Source: an uncultured Candidatus Saccharibacteria bacterium (GTDB lineage Bacteria; Patescibacteriota; Saccharimonadia; CAILAD01; GCA-016700035). Taken from it: a stretch of 64,000 nucleotides of DNA. Below the pieces are notes generated by a model. That model was not told the origin of the DNA and ran no database searches. It saw nothing but the letters and a program-made list of their open reading frames with translations. The stretch lies in the NCBI GenBank assembly GCA_964454845.1, contig CAYVVS010000002.1, forward strand, positions 1,465 through 65,464, read 5' to 3'. Shown here in pieces: positions 9,842 to 18,849 of this stretch (its first letter is position 1; each line of letters begins with the position of its first letter). The position numbers were made by a program, and so were the translations under genes.

Positions 9842-10126
9842 ATGTCAAAGACTAAAGCCGGCGGCTCTACTAAAAACGGTCGCGATTCACGTTCAAAACG
9901 CCTCGGCGTTAAGCTTTTTGGCGGCCAAGAAGTTACTACGGGTGACATCATTGTGCGTCAGCGTGGCAATAAGTACGAAGCTGGAGAAAACACCTTCCTT
10001 GGCAAGGACTACACCATTCATGCCGCTACAGAAGGTCAAGTGAGCTTCCGTCAAACCCGTAAAACGCTATTTTCTGGTGCTAAACGACGCAAAACTGTCG
10101 TTTTTGTGACTCCAACCGAAGCATAA
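9842..10126 (+). CDS. rpmA: 50S ribosomal protein L27
   Basis: [48 protein letters not shown] is a canonical L27 N-terminus. Confidence 0.95.
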   Translation: MSKTKAGGSTKNGRDSRSKRLGVKLFGGQEVTTGDIIVRQRGNKYEAGENTFLGKDYTIHAATEGQVSFRQTRKTLFSGAKRRKTVVFVTPTEA

Positions 10127-10132
10127 ACCCAT

Positions 10133-10173
10133 GCATACTAAAAAAGCCCCTTCATGGGGCTTTTTTAGTATGC
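10133..10173. terminator. Bidirectional intrinsic terminator between convergent rpmA and the response-regulator gene
   Basis: Perfect inverted repeat gcatactaaaaaagcccc / ggggcttttttagtatgc (18-bp arms, 5-nt central spacer ttcat) with A/T runs on both sides. Confidence 0.8.
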
Positions 10174-10178
10174 AGTCC

Positions 10179-10610
10179 TTACGTAGTAGGCTTCTGATCT
10201 GTAGATGGCGCCGAAGAATCAGCTCCTTTTACCATACCAAGATGCTTGCGCACAATATGCACCACATCTGCCATCGCCACCTGACTTTTTACTAGATAGT
10301 CATCGACACCAAGCGCCTTAGCTTTGGCGATATCTTTATCGCTAGAAAGCGCAGACATCATAATAATTTTGGCATGCTGGGTTTGTGGCGTATTGCGTAA
10401 AATATCAAGCACATCAAAACCTGATACGCGAGGCATCATAACGTCTAACAGGATCAAGTCGGGCTTTGACTCAACCACTCGAGCTAATGCATTTTCGCCA
10501 TTCTCTGCCCAAGCCGTATTAAAGCCCTCGGCTTCAAAACGAGCCCGATATACGCTCGCGAGCTCAGCATCATCTTCTACGAGTAAAATGGTTGGTGTCT
10601 TATCTGTCAT
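10179..10610 (-). CDS. Stand-alone response-regulator receiver (REC) domain protein
   Basis: ILLVEDDAELA...DLILLDVMMPRVSGFDVL...YLVKS fits a CheY-like fold. No output domain, and no histidine kinase in the window. Confidence 0.85.
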   Translation of the reverse strand: MTDKTPTILLVEDDAELASVYRARFEAEGFNTAWAENGENALARVVESKPDLILLDVMMPRVSGFDVLDILRNTPQTQHAKIIMMSALSSDKDIAKAKALGVDDYLVKSQVAMADVVHIVRKHLGMVKGADSSAPSTDQKPTT

Positions 10611-10614
10611 ACTG

Positions 10615-12270
10615 CTAGACTTTCCTCCTCTGTATAGTTGTTACGTCTATTGTAGACTTCTCGGTCTCGGAATGCAAAAGCCGGGAGGCAGCAGCTACAA
10701 AGCCATCGAACAGCGGATTTGGCATCATTGGGCGCGAGGTAAACTCAGGATGAAACTGACTTGCGATGAAAAAGGAGTGATCGGGGTATTCGATCATCTC
10801 AACTAAATTTCCATCTGGTGAAAGCCCCGAGAACACCATCCCAGTAGTCTCCAAGCGCTCACGATAGTGATTATTAACTTCATAACGATGGCGATGCCGT
10901 TCATGAATTAAGTCTTTGCCGTACAAAGCATGCGCCAAAGAGCCTTCTTTAATTGCTGTTGGATAATCGCCAAGCCGCATTGAGCCGCCTAGTCGTACAC
11001 CTTGTTGATCTTCCATTAAGCTCACCACGTGATGCTCGGTATCTCGATCGAATTCGAGCGAGTGTGCAGTCTCTATGTCAGCCAGATTACGAGCCGCCTC
11101 AATAACAGCAATTTGTAAGCCGAGGCAAATACCTAGATATGGCACATTGTTTTCGCGAGCATATTGAGCAGCAACAATCTTGCCAGCTACACCGCGCTCA
11201 CCAAAGCCCCCTGGCACTAAAATACCATCCAGCCCCTCGAGTGGCTTCACTGTATTGACCAGCTTCTCGGCATCAACCCAAACAACCCTAATAGCTCGTC
11301 CGTGCTTCCAGCCAGCCGCTTTGAGCGCTTCAACAACCGACATATAGGTATCTTCGTGATCTAAATACTTAGCGACGATACCAATACTCACTTCAGGCTT
11401 CTTGGAACTCACAACCTTTGCCAATTCATACCAGTCACTTAACTGCGGCTCGGCAACACGCAAGCCTAGCCGTTCAACAATGTAATTGCCAATACCTGAC
11501 TCCTCCATGCGTAGTGGCACTTCATACACACTTTTTAGTGTTGGCAGACCAACAATCGCTTCTTTATCAACATCACAATACATGGAAAGCTTTTCAAATA
11601 CCGAGGCCTTTAATTCGTGATCAGTGCGCACAGCCAAAATATCTGGCTGAATTCCAGCCTCCCGCAAGTCACGTACAGAATTCTGAGCTGGCTTGGTCTT
11701 AATCTCTTTACTGGCGGCAAGATATGGCAAAAAAACTACATGAGTGTAGAGGACATTATCGGCGCCTACACGGCGCTTAAATTGGCGAAGCGACTCAATC
11801 ACGGCTAGCGACTCATAATCACCAATAGTCCCTCCAACTTCACATAGTAGTACGTCAAAACCACGAGCTGCCTCAATAATGCGACGCTGATATTCGTCTG
11901 TAATATGTGGAATTACTTGGACTGTTTTCCCTAAAAATACCCCATCGCGCTCATCGGCGAACACTTTTGCGTACACTTGTCCGCTCATAACAGAACTACT
12001 TCGAGTCAAGTTAATATCGATAAAACGCTCATAGTGTCCAAGATCCAAATCAGTCTCACCACCATCTGCAGTGACAAAAACTTCTCCGTGTTCTGCTGGG
12101 TTCAATGTTCCGGCGTCAAAATTAAAATACGGGTCCATTTTTTGAATGTTGACCCGTAATCCTCTGGCTTTTAAAATGGCGCCGATTGACGCCGCTGTGA
12201 TTCCTTTACCGGAGCCTGAAACAACGCCTCCGGTTACAAAAATATATTTTGGTGTTTTTACCACGTTCAC
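10615..12270 (-). CDS. pyrG: CTP synthase
   Basis: GTG start preceded by GGAGGGGA. N-terminal synthetase P-loop-like GGVVSGSGKGI. Glutamine amidotransferase GICLGLQ (Cys) and HRHRYE motifs. Confidence 0.95.
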   Translation of the reverse strand: MNVVKTPKYIFVTGGVVSGSGKGITAASIGAILKARGLRVNIQKMDPYFNFDAGTLNPAEHGEVFVTADGGETDLDLGHYERFIDINLTRSSSVMSGQVYAKVFADERDGVFLGKTVQVIPHITDEYQRRIIEAARGFDVLLCEVGGTIGDYESLAVIESLRQFKRRVGADNVLYTHVVFLPYLAASKEIKTKPAQNSVRDLREAGIQPDILAVRTDHELKASVFEKLSMYCDVDKEAIVGLPTLKSVYEVPLRMEESGIGNYIVERLGLRVAEPQLSDWYELAKVVSSKKPEVSIGIVAKYLDHEDTYMSVVEALKAAGWKHGRAIRVVWVDAEKLVNTVKPLEGLDGILVPGGFGERGVAGKIVAAQYARENNVPYLGICLGLQIAVIEAARNLADIETAHSLEFDRDTEHHVVSLMEDQQGVRLGGSMRLGDYPTAIKEGSLAHALYGKDLIHERHRHRYEVNNHYRERLETTGMVFSGLSPDGNLVEMIEYPDHSFFIASQFHPEFTSRPMMPNPLFDGFVAAASRLLHSETEKSTIDVTTIQRRKV

Positions 12271-12319
12271 TCCCCTCCGTTTTTTCTAGTGTAGCTGGCG
12301 CGCCAGCTAAGCACAAGGG

Positions 12320-13516
12320 TTATTGACGGACGACTTCAAGAGCTTTTTCAAGTTGTGGATCTCGGCCAGCATTGGAGTCTTCAGTAGTATAACCAACCTC
12401 AACATCTGGCTTAATGCCCTCCTTTGAAATATTCACGCCCTTTGGGGTAAACCAGCCAGCGACCGTTACTTTCAACTGAGCACCATTTGAAAGCTGCTTA
12501 ACCTCCTGCACGCTGCCTTTTCCGTAGGTCTTCTCACCAACCAAAATTGCGCGGCCGTTATCCTTCAGAGCGCCGGCCGTGATCTCAGAAGCCGATGCAG
12601 ATCCCTCATTAATCAGTATCACAAGCTTTGCGTTCGTTAAGTTACCACCCGGATTTGCCACCAGCTGCTTTGATTCCATATGGCGGCCACGCTCTTCTAC
12701 CACTACACCGTCAGCCAAAAACTCAGATGAAACTGTTACTGCACTGTTTAAGTAGCCACCCGGATTATCACGTAAATCCAGTATAATCTTACTGACACCC
12801 TGTTTTGCCAAATCGGCTGCGGCGTTACGAATAGCCGTATCGGTATCATCCCCAAAACGACGCACGCGAATGTAACCCACACCTCCATCTTTTACTTCAT
12901 ACTTGACGCTTGAAACCTGAATTTGATCGCGAGTAATTGCCAACTCTTTTGGCTCTTCACCCTCTCGCACAACCGTCAGCTTTACTTCAGTACCTTTTTC
13001 GCCACGAATTTTCTTCACCGCCTCGTCAAGTGTTAACTCGCTCGTGCTCTGTCCGTCTATTGTTGCAATAACATCACCCGCGCGAATACCAGCCTTCGCA
13101 GCCGGAGTTTCATCAATTGGTGCAATAACCGTCAATCGATCATTTTTAAGACCAACCTCAACGCCAATTCCCGAAAGTTGGCCAGCTAAATCGTTAGAGA
13201 GCTCCTCTGCTTCGCTCGCGTTGAGGTAAACCGTATATGGATCGCCAAGGCTCGCAACATAACCACGTAGCGCCCCTTCGGCCTGCTTCTCGTCATTCAG
13301 GTCGCCATTGAAGCTCGACTCAAGAATAGACTGGATTTCACGAAACTGCTCAGAAGTAGCAGCCGCTGTATTGGTTCGCGTGACAACTGCCTTGTAGCCA
13401 AATATACCAATTACACCGCCAATAAGCACTAAAGCTGCAACCCAGCCAGCTAACTGCAGTCTTGTTAAACTTACACCAGGTTTTACAACCGGTGATTGTG
13501 TATCTTTTTCACCCAT
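12320..13516 (-). CDS. Carboxy-terminal processing peptidase (S41) with PDZ domain
   Basis: N-terminal TM, PDZ region (GIGVEVG...AGIRAGDVI), GSASASEI (catalytic Ser) and TYGKGSVQ (Lys). Confidence 0.9.
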   Translation of the reverse strand: MGEKDTQSPVVKPGVSLTRLQLAGWVAALVLIGGVIGIFGYKAVVTRTNTAAATSEQFREIQSILESSFNGDLNDEKQAEGALRGYVASLGDPYTVYLNASEAEELSNDLAGQLSGIGVEVGLKNDRLTVIAPIDETPAAKAGIRAGDVIATIDGQSTSELTLDEAVKKIRGEKGTEVKLTVVREGEEPKELAITRDQIQVSSVKYEVKDGGVGYIRVRRFGDDTDTAIRNAAADLAKQGVSKIILDLRDNPGGYLNSAVTVSSEFLADGVVVEERGRHMESKQLVANPGGNLTNAKLVILINEGSASASEITAGALKDNGRAILVGEKTYGKGSVQEVKQLSNGAQLKVTVAGWFTPKGVNISKEGIKPDVEVGYTTEDSNAGRDPQLEKALEVVRQ

Positions 13517-13558
13517 GCTTTTTTCTATTGTACAGATCCAATTCGGAATCTGCTAGGG

Positions 13559-14686
13559 CTAATGGATAAACACCAGCGAATTCACGGGCCAAACAGATTG
13601 AGAATACCGACCACCCCAATCGGCGTTAAATTCCGAAACCAGCACTTGTGTACCGTTCGAGACGATCCCTTCAACAATCATGACGTGACCATACTCTCCA
13701 ACTGGATAGACAGCCGCCGCACCCACTTCTGGCGTAGTATCGACACGCATGCCAAACTTCCCAGCCCAATCTGGCCACTGCTTAGCATTCGCTGGTCCCA
13801 AGAAACCCCAAGCAGGAAGCGGCCGACCGATGCTCGCACGCTTCCAGGCAGCGTAACTAGTGCACTGACGATAATAGAAGCCCCATGGATCAACACCGCG
13901 GCTTGGAAAAGGCTCCACAGCCGCCCATGGATAGTCGGTCGTCATAGTAAAATCGCGGCCTAGGCTTTGTGCTGCAATTGCTGCCGCCTGCTGAGCCCTT
14001 AACGTCTGTAGACGCATCGTGTCTACCTCTACCAGCGCTCGGTAAGCTGCCTCATCACCACGAGTTTTAGCCAGAAGCTCGGCCTGTTCAGCCTCTTTGG
14101 CGACAATTGCTTTCTCCTCTAGCCCTTCTTGCTCTTCTTTAATGCGCAGCTGTCGAGAAAATTCTTCTAGCTGTTTTTTAGCATTTTTTATGCTATCCAC
14201 ATTGTCCATAATCTTATTGCGCAGAGCATCGTAATATTCCTGTCTTCCAACAAAGTCCGACAAATTCTCACTAGAGGCAAACACTTCCATTGGGGTGACA
14301 TCTCCTTGCTTGTAGGCGGCGGCAATGTTCTGACGCAATAGCTCCGTGCTTTTTTTCAGGTCGGCTTCGGTATTTTTACGGTCAAGTTTTGTTTGCTCAA
14401 TGCGTAAGCGAGTAAGCTCAAGGTTTGATCGAGCAGCCGATAACTCCGCCTGAATAGCTGTTAATCGATTTTGCAAGGTGTCGCCTTCAGCTTGCTTTTG
14501 GTTGACGACCGCTTGGTTGTCCTGAATCTGCTTTGTTACAGCATCAATGAGCGGCTGTAGGTCATCGGCATGCGCCGGGCGAGCCTGATACCACACCGAC
14601 GCTGAGACTACAAAAACAAACAGAAAAAGCCCAGCGAATGTGATTCGAAAAGCCCTTCCTGTTGTTTTTTTGTTTTTGATAGCCAT
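13559..14686 (-). CDS. PcsB-like secreted coiled-coil peptidoglycan hydrolase with C-terminal CHAP domain (copy 1)
   Basis: Signal/TM segment and about 200 aa of coiled coil. CHAP Cys (YYRQCTSYAAWK) and His (GHVMIVEG). Confidence 0.8.
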   Translation of the reverse strand: MAIKNKKTTGRAFRITFAGLFLFVFVVSASVWYQARPAHADDLQPLIDAVTKQIQDNQAVVNQKQAEGDTLQNRLTAIQAELSAARSNLELTRLRIEQTKLDRKNTEADLKKSTELLRQNIAAAYKQGDVTPMEVFASSENLSDFVGRQEYYDALRNKIMDNVDSIKNAKKQLEEFSRQLRIKEEQEGLEEKAIVAKEAEQAELLAKTRGDEAAYRALVEVDTMRLQTLRAQQAAAIAAQSLGRDFTMTTDYPWAAVEPFPSRGVDPWGFYYRQCTSYAAWKRASIGRPLPAWGFLGPANAKQWPDWAGKFGMRVDTTPEVGAAAVYPVGEYGHVMIVEGIVSNGTQVLVSEFNADWGGRYSQSVWPVNSLVFIH

Positions 14687-14707
14687 TTTTTTAGAGATTA
14701 CTAGTAA

Positions 14708-15847
14708 CTATTTGATAAACCGAGCGTTCCCCAATTGACTCGTCGGTATGGTGCGTACAGAGTAGCCACCACGCGGGCTGTAGTTATACTCACTTACAGT
14801 AATCGAGTTGCCGTTATTTGACTCTACGATTGCCACGTGCCCCCATGGGCCATCTGGCCAAGCTACAATATCGCCGTAAGCTGGGGTTACATTAGCGCTG
14901 CCACGAGGCCACCACTGATTAGCATTCCCCCAATAACGAGGCACCATGCGCCCAATGCTGGCGCGCTTCCAGGCGGCGTAGCTTACACATTCTCGGTTAT
15001 AATATCCATAATCATCAACCAAACTATCCTGTGCAGCCTTACACCAAACATCCGGATAGCCACCACCGCACTGACCGCCAGACCTAAAACTTCCACCAGC
15101 TGCAGCATTGCGACGAATCTCTTCAGCGCGAGCTGCAAATACAGCTGCGAGCTGTGATTCATTCTGCTTGACAATGCCCTGATAAGCAGCTTCTTCTCCC
15201 CGCGTCTGAGTTAAGAGTGCCTGCTGTTCAGACCGCTTAGCGGCGATATTAGCTACTTGAGCTTTCTCATCTGCAGCTTTTTCGGTTAAAGTAACCTTCT
15301 TCTGCTCGAGCTCGGCCTTCAAGCGATTAATTTCAGAAATATTAGACTCGATCTTATCTTTCAAATCGTCCATATATTGCTGCTTACCAACAAAATCAGA
15401 GAGGTTTTCACTTGAAGCCAAAACTTCAATCGGTGTAACGTCACGATCTTTGTACATGGTCTTGAGATTTTGCTTGAGGTTATCTACCTGCTTAGTAAGC
15501 TCAGCATTCTGACGATCCAGCTCTTCGGTGGTCTTTGTAATTTCGGTACGGGTCAGATTGAGAGCGCTCTGGGCAGCTGAAATTTCGGCATTCAGTGCCG
15601 CAACTTTAGCTTGCAAGGTGTCACCTTCGGCTCGTTTTTGATTCGCAGAATTTTTATTCTGATTAATCTGATTACGCAACGCGTTAATTTGCGCATCATA
15701 ATCAACCGCAAAAGCCTTTGGCGCCAACACGCCAAGCACACCAATAACCGCTAGAACAACCAGTATTCTAGTGAGTCGTTGGTGTTTTTTTGTAGTATTT
15801 TGGTGTCGAATCAAGATCATCACCCTCCTTTTTGCTTCTACCCCCAT
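14708..15847 (-). CDS. PcsB-like secreted coiled-coil peptidoglycan hydrolase with C-terminal CHAP domain (copy 2)
   Basis: Same architecture as the neighbour, with shared blocks (VLASSENLSDFVGKQQY vs VFASSENLSDFVGRQEY). CHAP Cys (NRECVSYAAWK) and His (GHVAIVES). The start may be an internal Met. Confidence 0.8.
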   Translation of the reverse strand: MGVEAKRRVMILIRHQNTTKKHQRLTRILVVLAVIGVLGVLAPKAFAVDYDAQINALRNQINQNKNSANQKRAEGDTLQAKVAALNAEISAAQSALNLTRTEITKTTEELDRQNAELTKQVDNLKQNLKTMYKDRDVTPIEVLASSENLSDFVGKQQYMDDLKDKIESNISEINRLKAELEQKKVTLTEKAADEKAQVANIAAKRSEQQALLTQTRGEEAAYQGIVKQNESQLAAVFAARAEEIRRNAAAGGSFRSGGQCGGGYPDVWCKAAQDSLVDDYGYYNRECVSYAAWKRASIGRMVPRYWGNANQWWPRGSANVTPAYGDIVAWPDGPWGHVAIVESNNGNSITVSEYNYSPRGGYSVRTIPTSQLGNARFIK

Positions 15848-15895
15848 ATGTATTTCGAAGCAGTAAGCATTACCGTTAGTCTATCACAGAATGCG

Positions 15896-16807
15896 CTAAA
15901 GCTTCAAATGGCGCGAGATTGCAAGAAAGCTCGAAAGTGTGCCAATAACAATTCCCAAAGTATACATCGCCAGTGTCACCAAAAAGATCCGATCAGTAAC
16001 AAAAGTTACTACATCGCTGGCATTAAAATAGCTCGTGAAGAGCGGCCTCGCAACGTTGATAAGCGGAAGAGTAATTGCCATCGCCACAGTTGCACCGATA
16101 ATGCCATACATCGCCCCCTCAATAAGAAACGGACCTCGAATATACCAGTTGGTTGCTCCCACTAGTTTCATAATCTCGATTTCTTCGCGACGGGTGAAGA
16201 TTGCCATACGGATAGTATTAAAGATAATCATCAGACTAATCAGCAAGAAAGCTACAGAAATTACCGTACCCACCTTTGAAACGCCACTAGAAATCGAAAC
16301 GATGCGGTCAACTACCTTACGCCGAACGTCACTATCATCGTTACTGGTACTGGCCACAATTACTGCCGCACTATCGGCTTTAATCTGGCTATTGAGTGCG
16401 TCAAGATTCTCGAGCGTTTCGGTACGCACCTCTAATGATGCGGGTAGCGGATTACCGATCTCTGTTGCAGTTTTTGCGAGCTGTTCGCCATCTTTTGAGC
16501 TGGTGCGCAGTCGCTCCAAAGCGTCAGTCTTAGATACATAACGCACCTCCGCTACATTCTCGAGCGTCTGAATATTGGCCTGCAGCTGCTTAACCTGGTC
16601 TGGTGTAGCTTCGTCTTTCAAGAATACCGTGAGGTCAATTTTTTCTCGTACTGCCGCCAGCTGATTCTGCAAGAAAAGCGCAGAGAAGGCAAAAAAGGCC
16701 ACAATCACCAAGGTAACCACCATAATTGCGGTAGCCGCTATCGAAAGCCATGCGTTCCGGAACAAGTTCCGAAAACCAGTCTTAAACATGCGCCACAGCG
16801 TAATCAT
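15896..16807 (-). CDS. ftsX: Cell-division ABC transporter permease-like protein FtsX
   Basis: 4-TM FtsX topology with a large extracellular loop after TM1. Directly downstream of ftsE. Confidence 0.9.
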   Translation of the reverse strand: MITLWRMFKTGFRNLFRNAWLSIAATAIMVVTLVIVAFFAFSALFLQNQLAAVREKIDLTVFLKDEATPDQVKQLQANIQTLENVAEVRYVSKTDALERLRTSSKDGEQLAKTATEIGNPLPASLEVRTETLENLDALNSQIKADSAAVIVASTSNDDSDVRRKVVDRIVSISSGVSKVGTVISVAFLLISLMIIFNTIRMAIFTRREEIEIMKLVGATNWYIRGPFLIEGAMYGIIGATVAMAITLPLINVARPLFTSYFNASDVVTFVTDRIFLVTLAMYTLGIVIGTLSSFLAISRHLKL

Positions 16808-16835
16808 TATTGTTTCACCCTCCTAATCCAATCCG

Positions 16836-17528
16836 TTATAGAACGTAACGTCCTACTTTTTCATCTTTCAAAATACGTCCATTCTGGATCGTAATCACAC
16901 GACGCTTTAGGGCATTCACTATTTCCTTATTATGAGTCGTAAGTAATACCGTGGTACCAAATTTGTTGATCTTTAAAAGCAATTCAATAATGTCCCAAGA
17001 GTTTTTGGGGTCCAAGTTGCCGGTCGGCTCATCGGCGATTAAGATCTTAGGGTTTCGTACCAAGGCCCTGGCAATGGCTACGCGCTGCTTCTCGCCGCCT
17101 GATATTTCTTTAGGATAATTGTTAGCTTTCTCGGCCAAACCTACGAGCTGCAAAATTTTTGGTACCGCGCGCTTAATTTCTGAAGTGCGCACACCGCTGG
17201 CCTCGAGGGCAAAAGCAACATTCTCATAAACCGTCAGATTAGGTAGTAACTTAAAGTCCTGAAATACCACCCCAATACGTCGGCGCAAGTGTGGAATACT
17301 CGTCTTCCCAATCGTATCGTAATCTATCGAACCAACAATAATTTTTCCGCTTGTCGGAACTTCTTCTTTAATAAGTAGTCGAATTAGCGTTGACTTACCT
17401 GCACCCGATGAACCTACTACTGTTACAAACTCTTTTGGCTGTATATGTAAACTGACGCCCGACAAAGCGACCGTCTTATTTGGATACATCACTGAAACTC
17501 GATCAAGTAAAATCACGTATGCACTCAT
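16836..17528 (-). CDS. ftsE: Cell-division ATP-binding protein FtsE
   Basis: Track ORF 16836..17921 trimmed to ATG 17528 (MSAYVILLDRVSV...). Walker A GSSGAGKST, signature ISGGEKQR, Walker B ILIADEPTGNLD. The longer ORF would overlap murA. Confidence 0.9.
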   Translation of the reverse strand: MSAYVILLDRVSVMYPNKTVALSGVSLHIQPKEFVTVVGSSGAGKSTLIRLLIKEEVPTSGKIIVGSIDYDTIGKTSIPHLRRRIGVVFQDFKLLPNLTVYENVAFALEASGVRTSEIKRAVPKILQLVGLAEKANNYPKEISGGEKQRVAIARALVRNPKILIADEPTGNLDPKNSWDIIELLLKINKFGTTVLLTTHNKEIVNALKRRVITIQNGRILKDEKVGRYVL

Positions 17529-17595
17529 CTTAACATATGCGCTTGAGCTTGTGCACGACTGCAAGTGGCAAAAAAAGCCTGCTACAATAAGCAGT

Positions 17596-18849
17596 ATGAC
17601 GAAACTTGCCATCACCGGCCCCACCCGTTTACAGGGAGAATGGTTTACTGCCGGCTCAAAAAATGCCGTCCTACCAATGCTAGCAGGCTGCCTTTTAACG
17701 AAAGAAAAAGTAACACTTGAAAATGTACCTCGCATCTCAGATGTTGATGTAATGCTAGAAATCTTGACCTCACTCGGCGCGAAAATCTGGCGTGAAGGAC
17801 ATACCGTTACAGTTGAGGCAGACAATCTGACCACTGCGACTATTCCCGACGAACTCACGGCTAAAATGCGAGCTTCCGTACTTATTTTGGGAGCGGCAGT
17901 CGGGCGCCTAGGCAGCATCACTGCCGCTCAACCTGGCGGCGACATTATTGGTGCAAGGCCCCTTGCTTCTCACCTCAAGGCGTTTCAAGCTATGGGCCTA
18001 TCTGTGGTGCGCGAACAAGGGCACATTACAGTATCTGGTAAACCTCAGGGCGGGCGAGTTGTGCTGGGCGAACTTACCGTTACCGGCGCAGAAAACGCGA
18101 TTATGGCTGCCGTACTTGCCACTGGCACAACCGAGCTCCGTATGGTTGCGCTCGAGCCCCACGTGATAGACCTCTGCTTACTCTTACAACAAATGGGTGC
18201 GCGCATCGAAGGGATAGGCACTCACAACCTAACTATTCATGGCGTTGAAACACTAAATGGAACGCTTTTTCGAGTACCTCCAGATCAGCTAGAAAGTGGC
18301 ACTATTGCGATTGCTGCGGCGGCCTCACGCGGCGATGTAATTATTCACGATTTTATCCGCGACGAACACGATGTACTCCTTACATTATTTGATCAAATCG
18401 GTGTGCAATATCAACTACCCAACGCAAAAACAATACATATTCTGCCTGGTGGCGACTATCAGGCGGTAAATGTACGCACTCAACCCTATCCAAACTTCCC
18501 CAGCGACTTACAAGCACCTCTAGCTGTTTTACTTACGCAGTGCGCTGGCACCTCAGAAATTTTTGAAACTCTTTATGAAGGCCGCCTGCAATACCTATTT
18601 GAACTGCAGCGCATGGGTGCAGCCGTAGCCATTCGCGACACACACACTGGTCTAATTACCGGCCCGACACCACTTGCTGGAGCCGATCTCGTCAGTTTCG
18701 ACATCCGCGCTGGCGCCACTATCCTCATTGCCGCCCTGATCGCGCAAGGTAAGACCATAATCGACCGCATCGAACATATTGACCGCGGCTATGAACGGAT
18801 CGAAGAGCGCTTGCAAGCTCTCGGCGCCCAACTCCAACGCATTAACTAA
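17596..18849 (+). CDS. murA: UDP-N-acetylglucosamine 1-carboxyvinyltransferase
   Basis: Trimmed to ATG 17596 (MTKLAITGPTRLQGEW...). GSKNAVLPMLAG and further EPSP-synthase-fold MurA blocks are present. Confidence 0.95.
   Translation: MTKLAITGPTRLQGEWFTAGSKNAVLPMLAGCLLTKEKVTLENVPRISDVDVMLEILTSLGAKIWREGHTVTVEADNLTTATIPDELTAKMRASVLILGAAVGRLGSITAAQPGGDIIGARPLASHLKAFQAMGLSVVREQGHITVSGKPQGGRVVLGELTVTGAENAIMAAVLATGTTELRMVALEPHVIDLCLLLQQMGARIEGIGTHNLTIHGVETLNGTLFRVPPDQLESGTIAIAAAASRGDVIIHDFIRDEHDVLLTLFDQIGVQYQLPNAKTIHILPGGDYQAVNVRTQPYPNFPSDLQAPLAVLLTQCAGTSEIFETLYEGRLQYLFELQRMGAAVAIRDTHTGLITGPTPLAGADLVSFDIRAGATILIAALIAQGKTIIDRIEHIDRGYERIEERLQALGAQLQRIN

Noticed and set aside
17529-17921. N-terminal 131-codon extension of the ftsE ORF (track 16836..17921)
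   Set aside because: The extension overlaps murA on the opposite strand and is low-complexity Ser/Thr/Val. The canonical FtsE N-terminus starts at ATG 17528.
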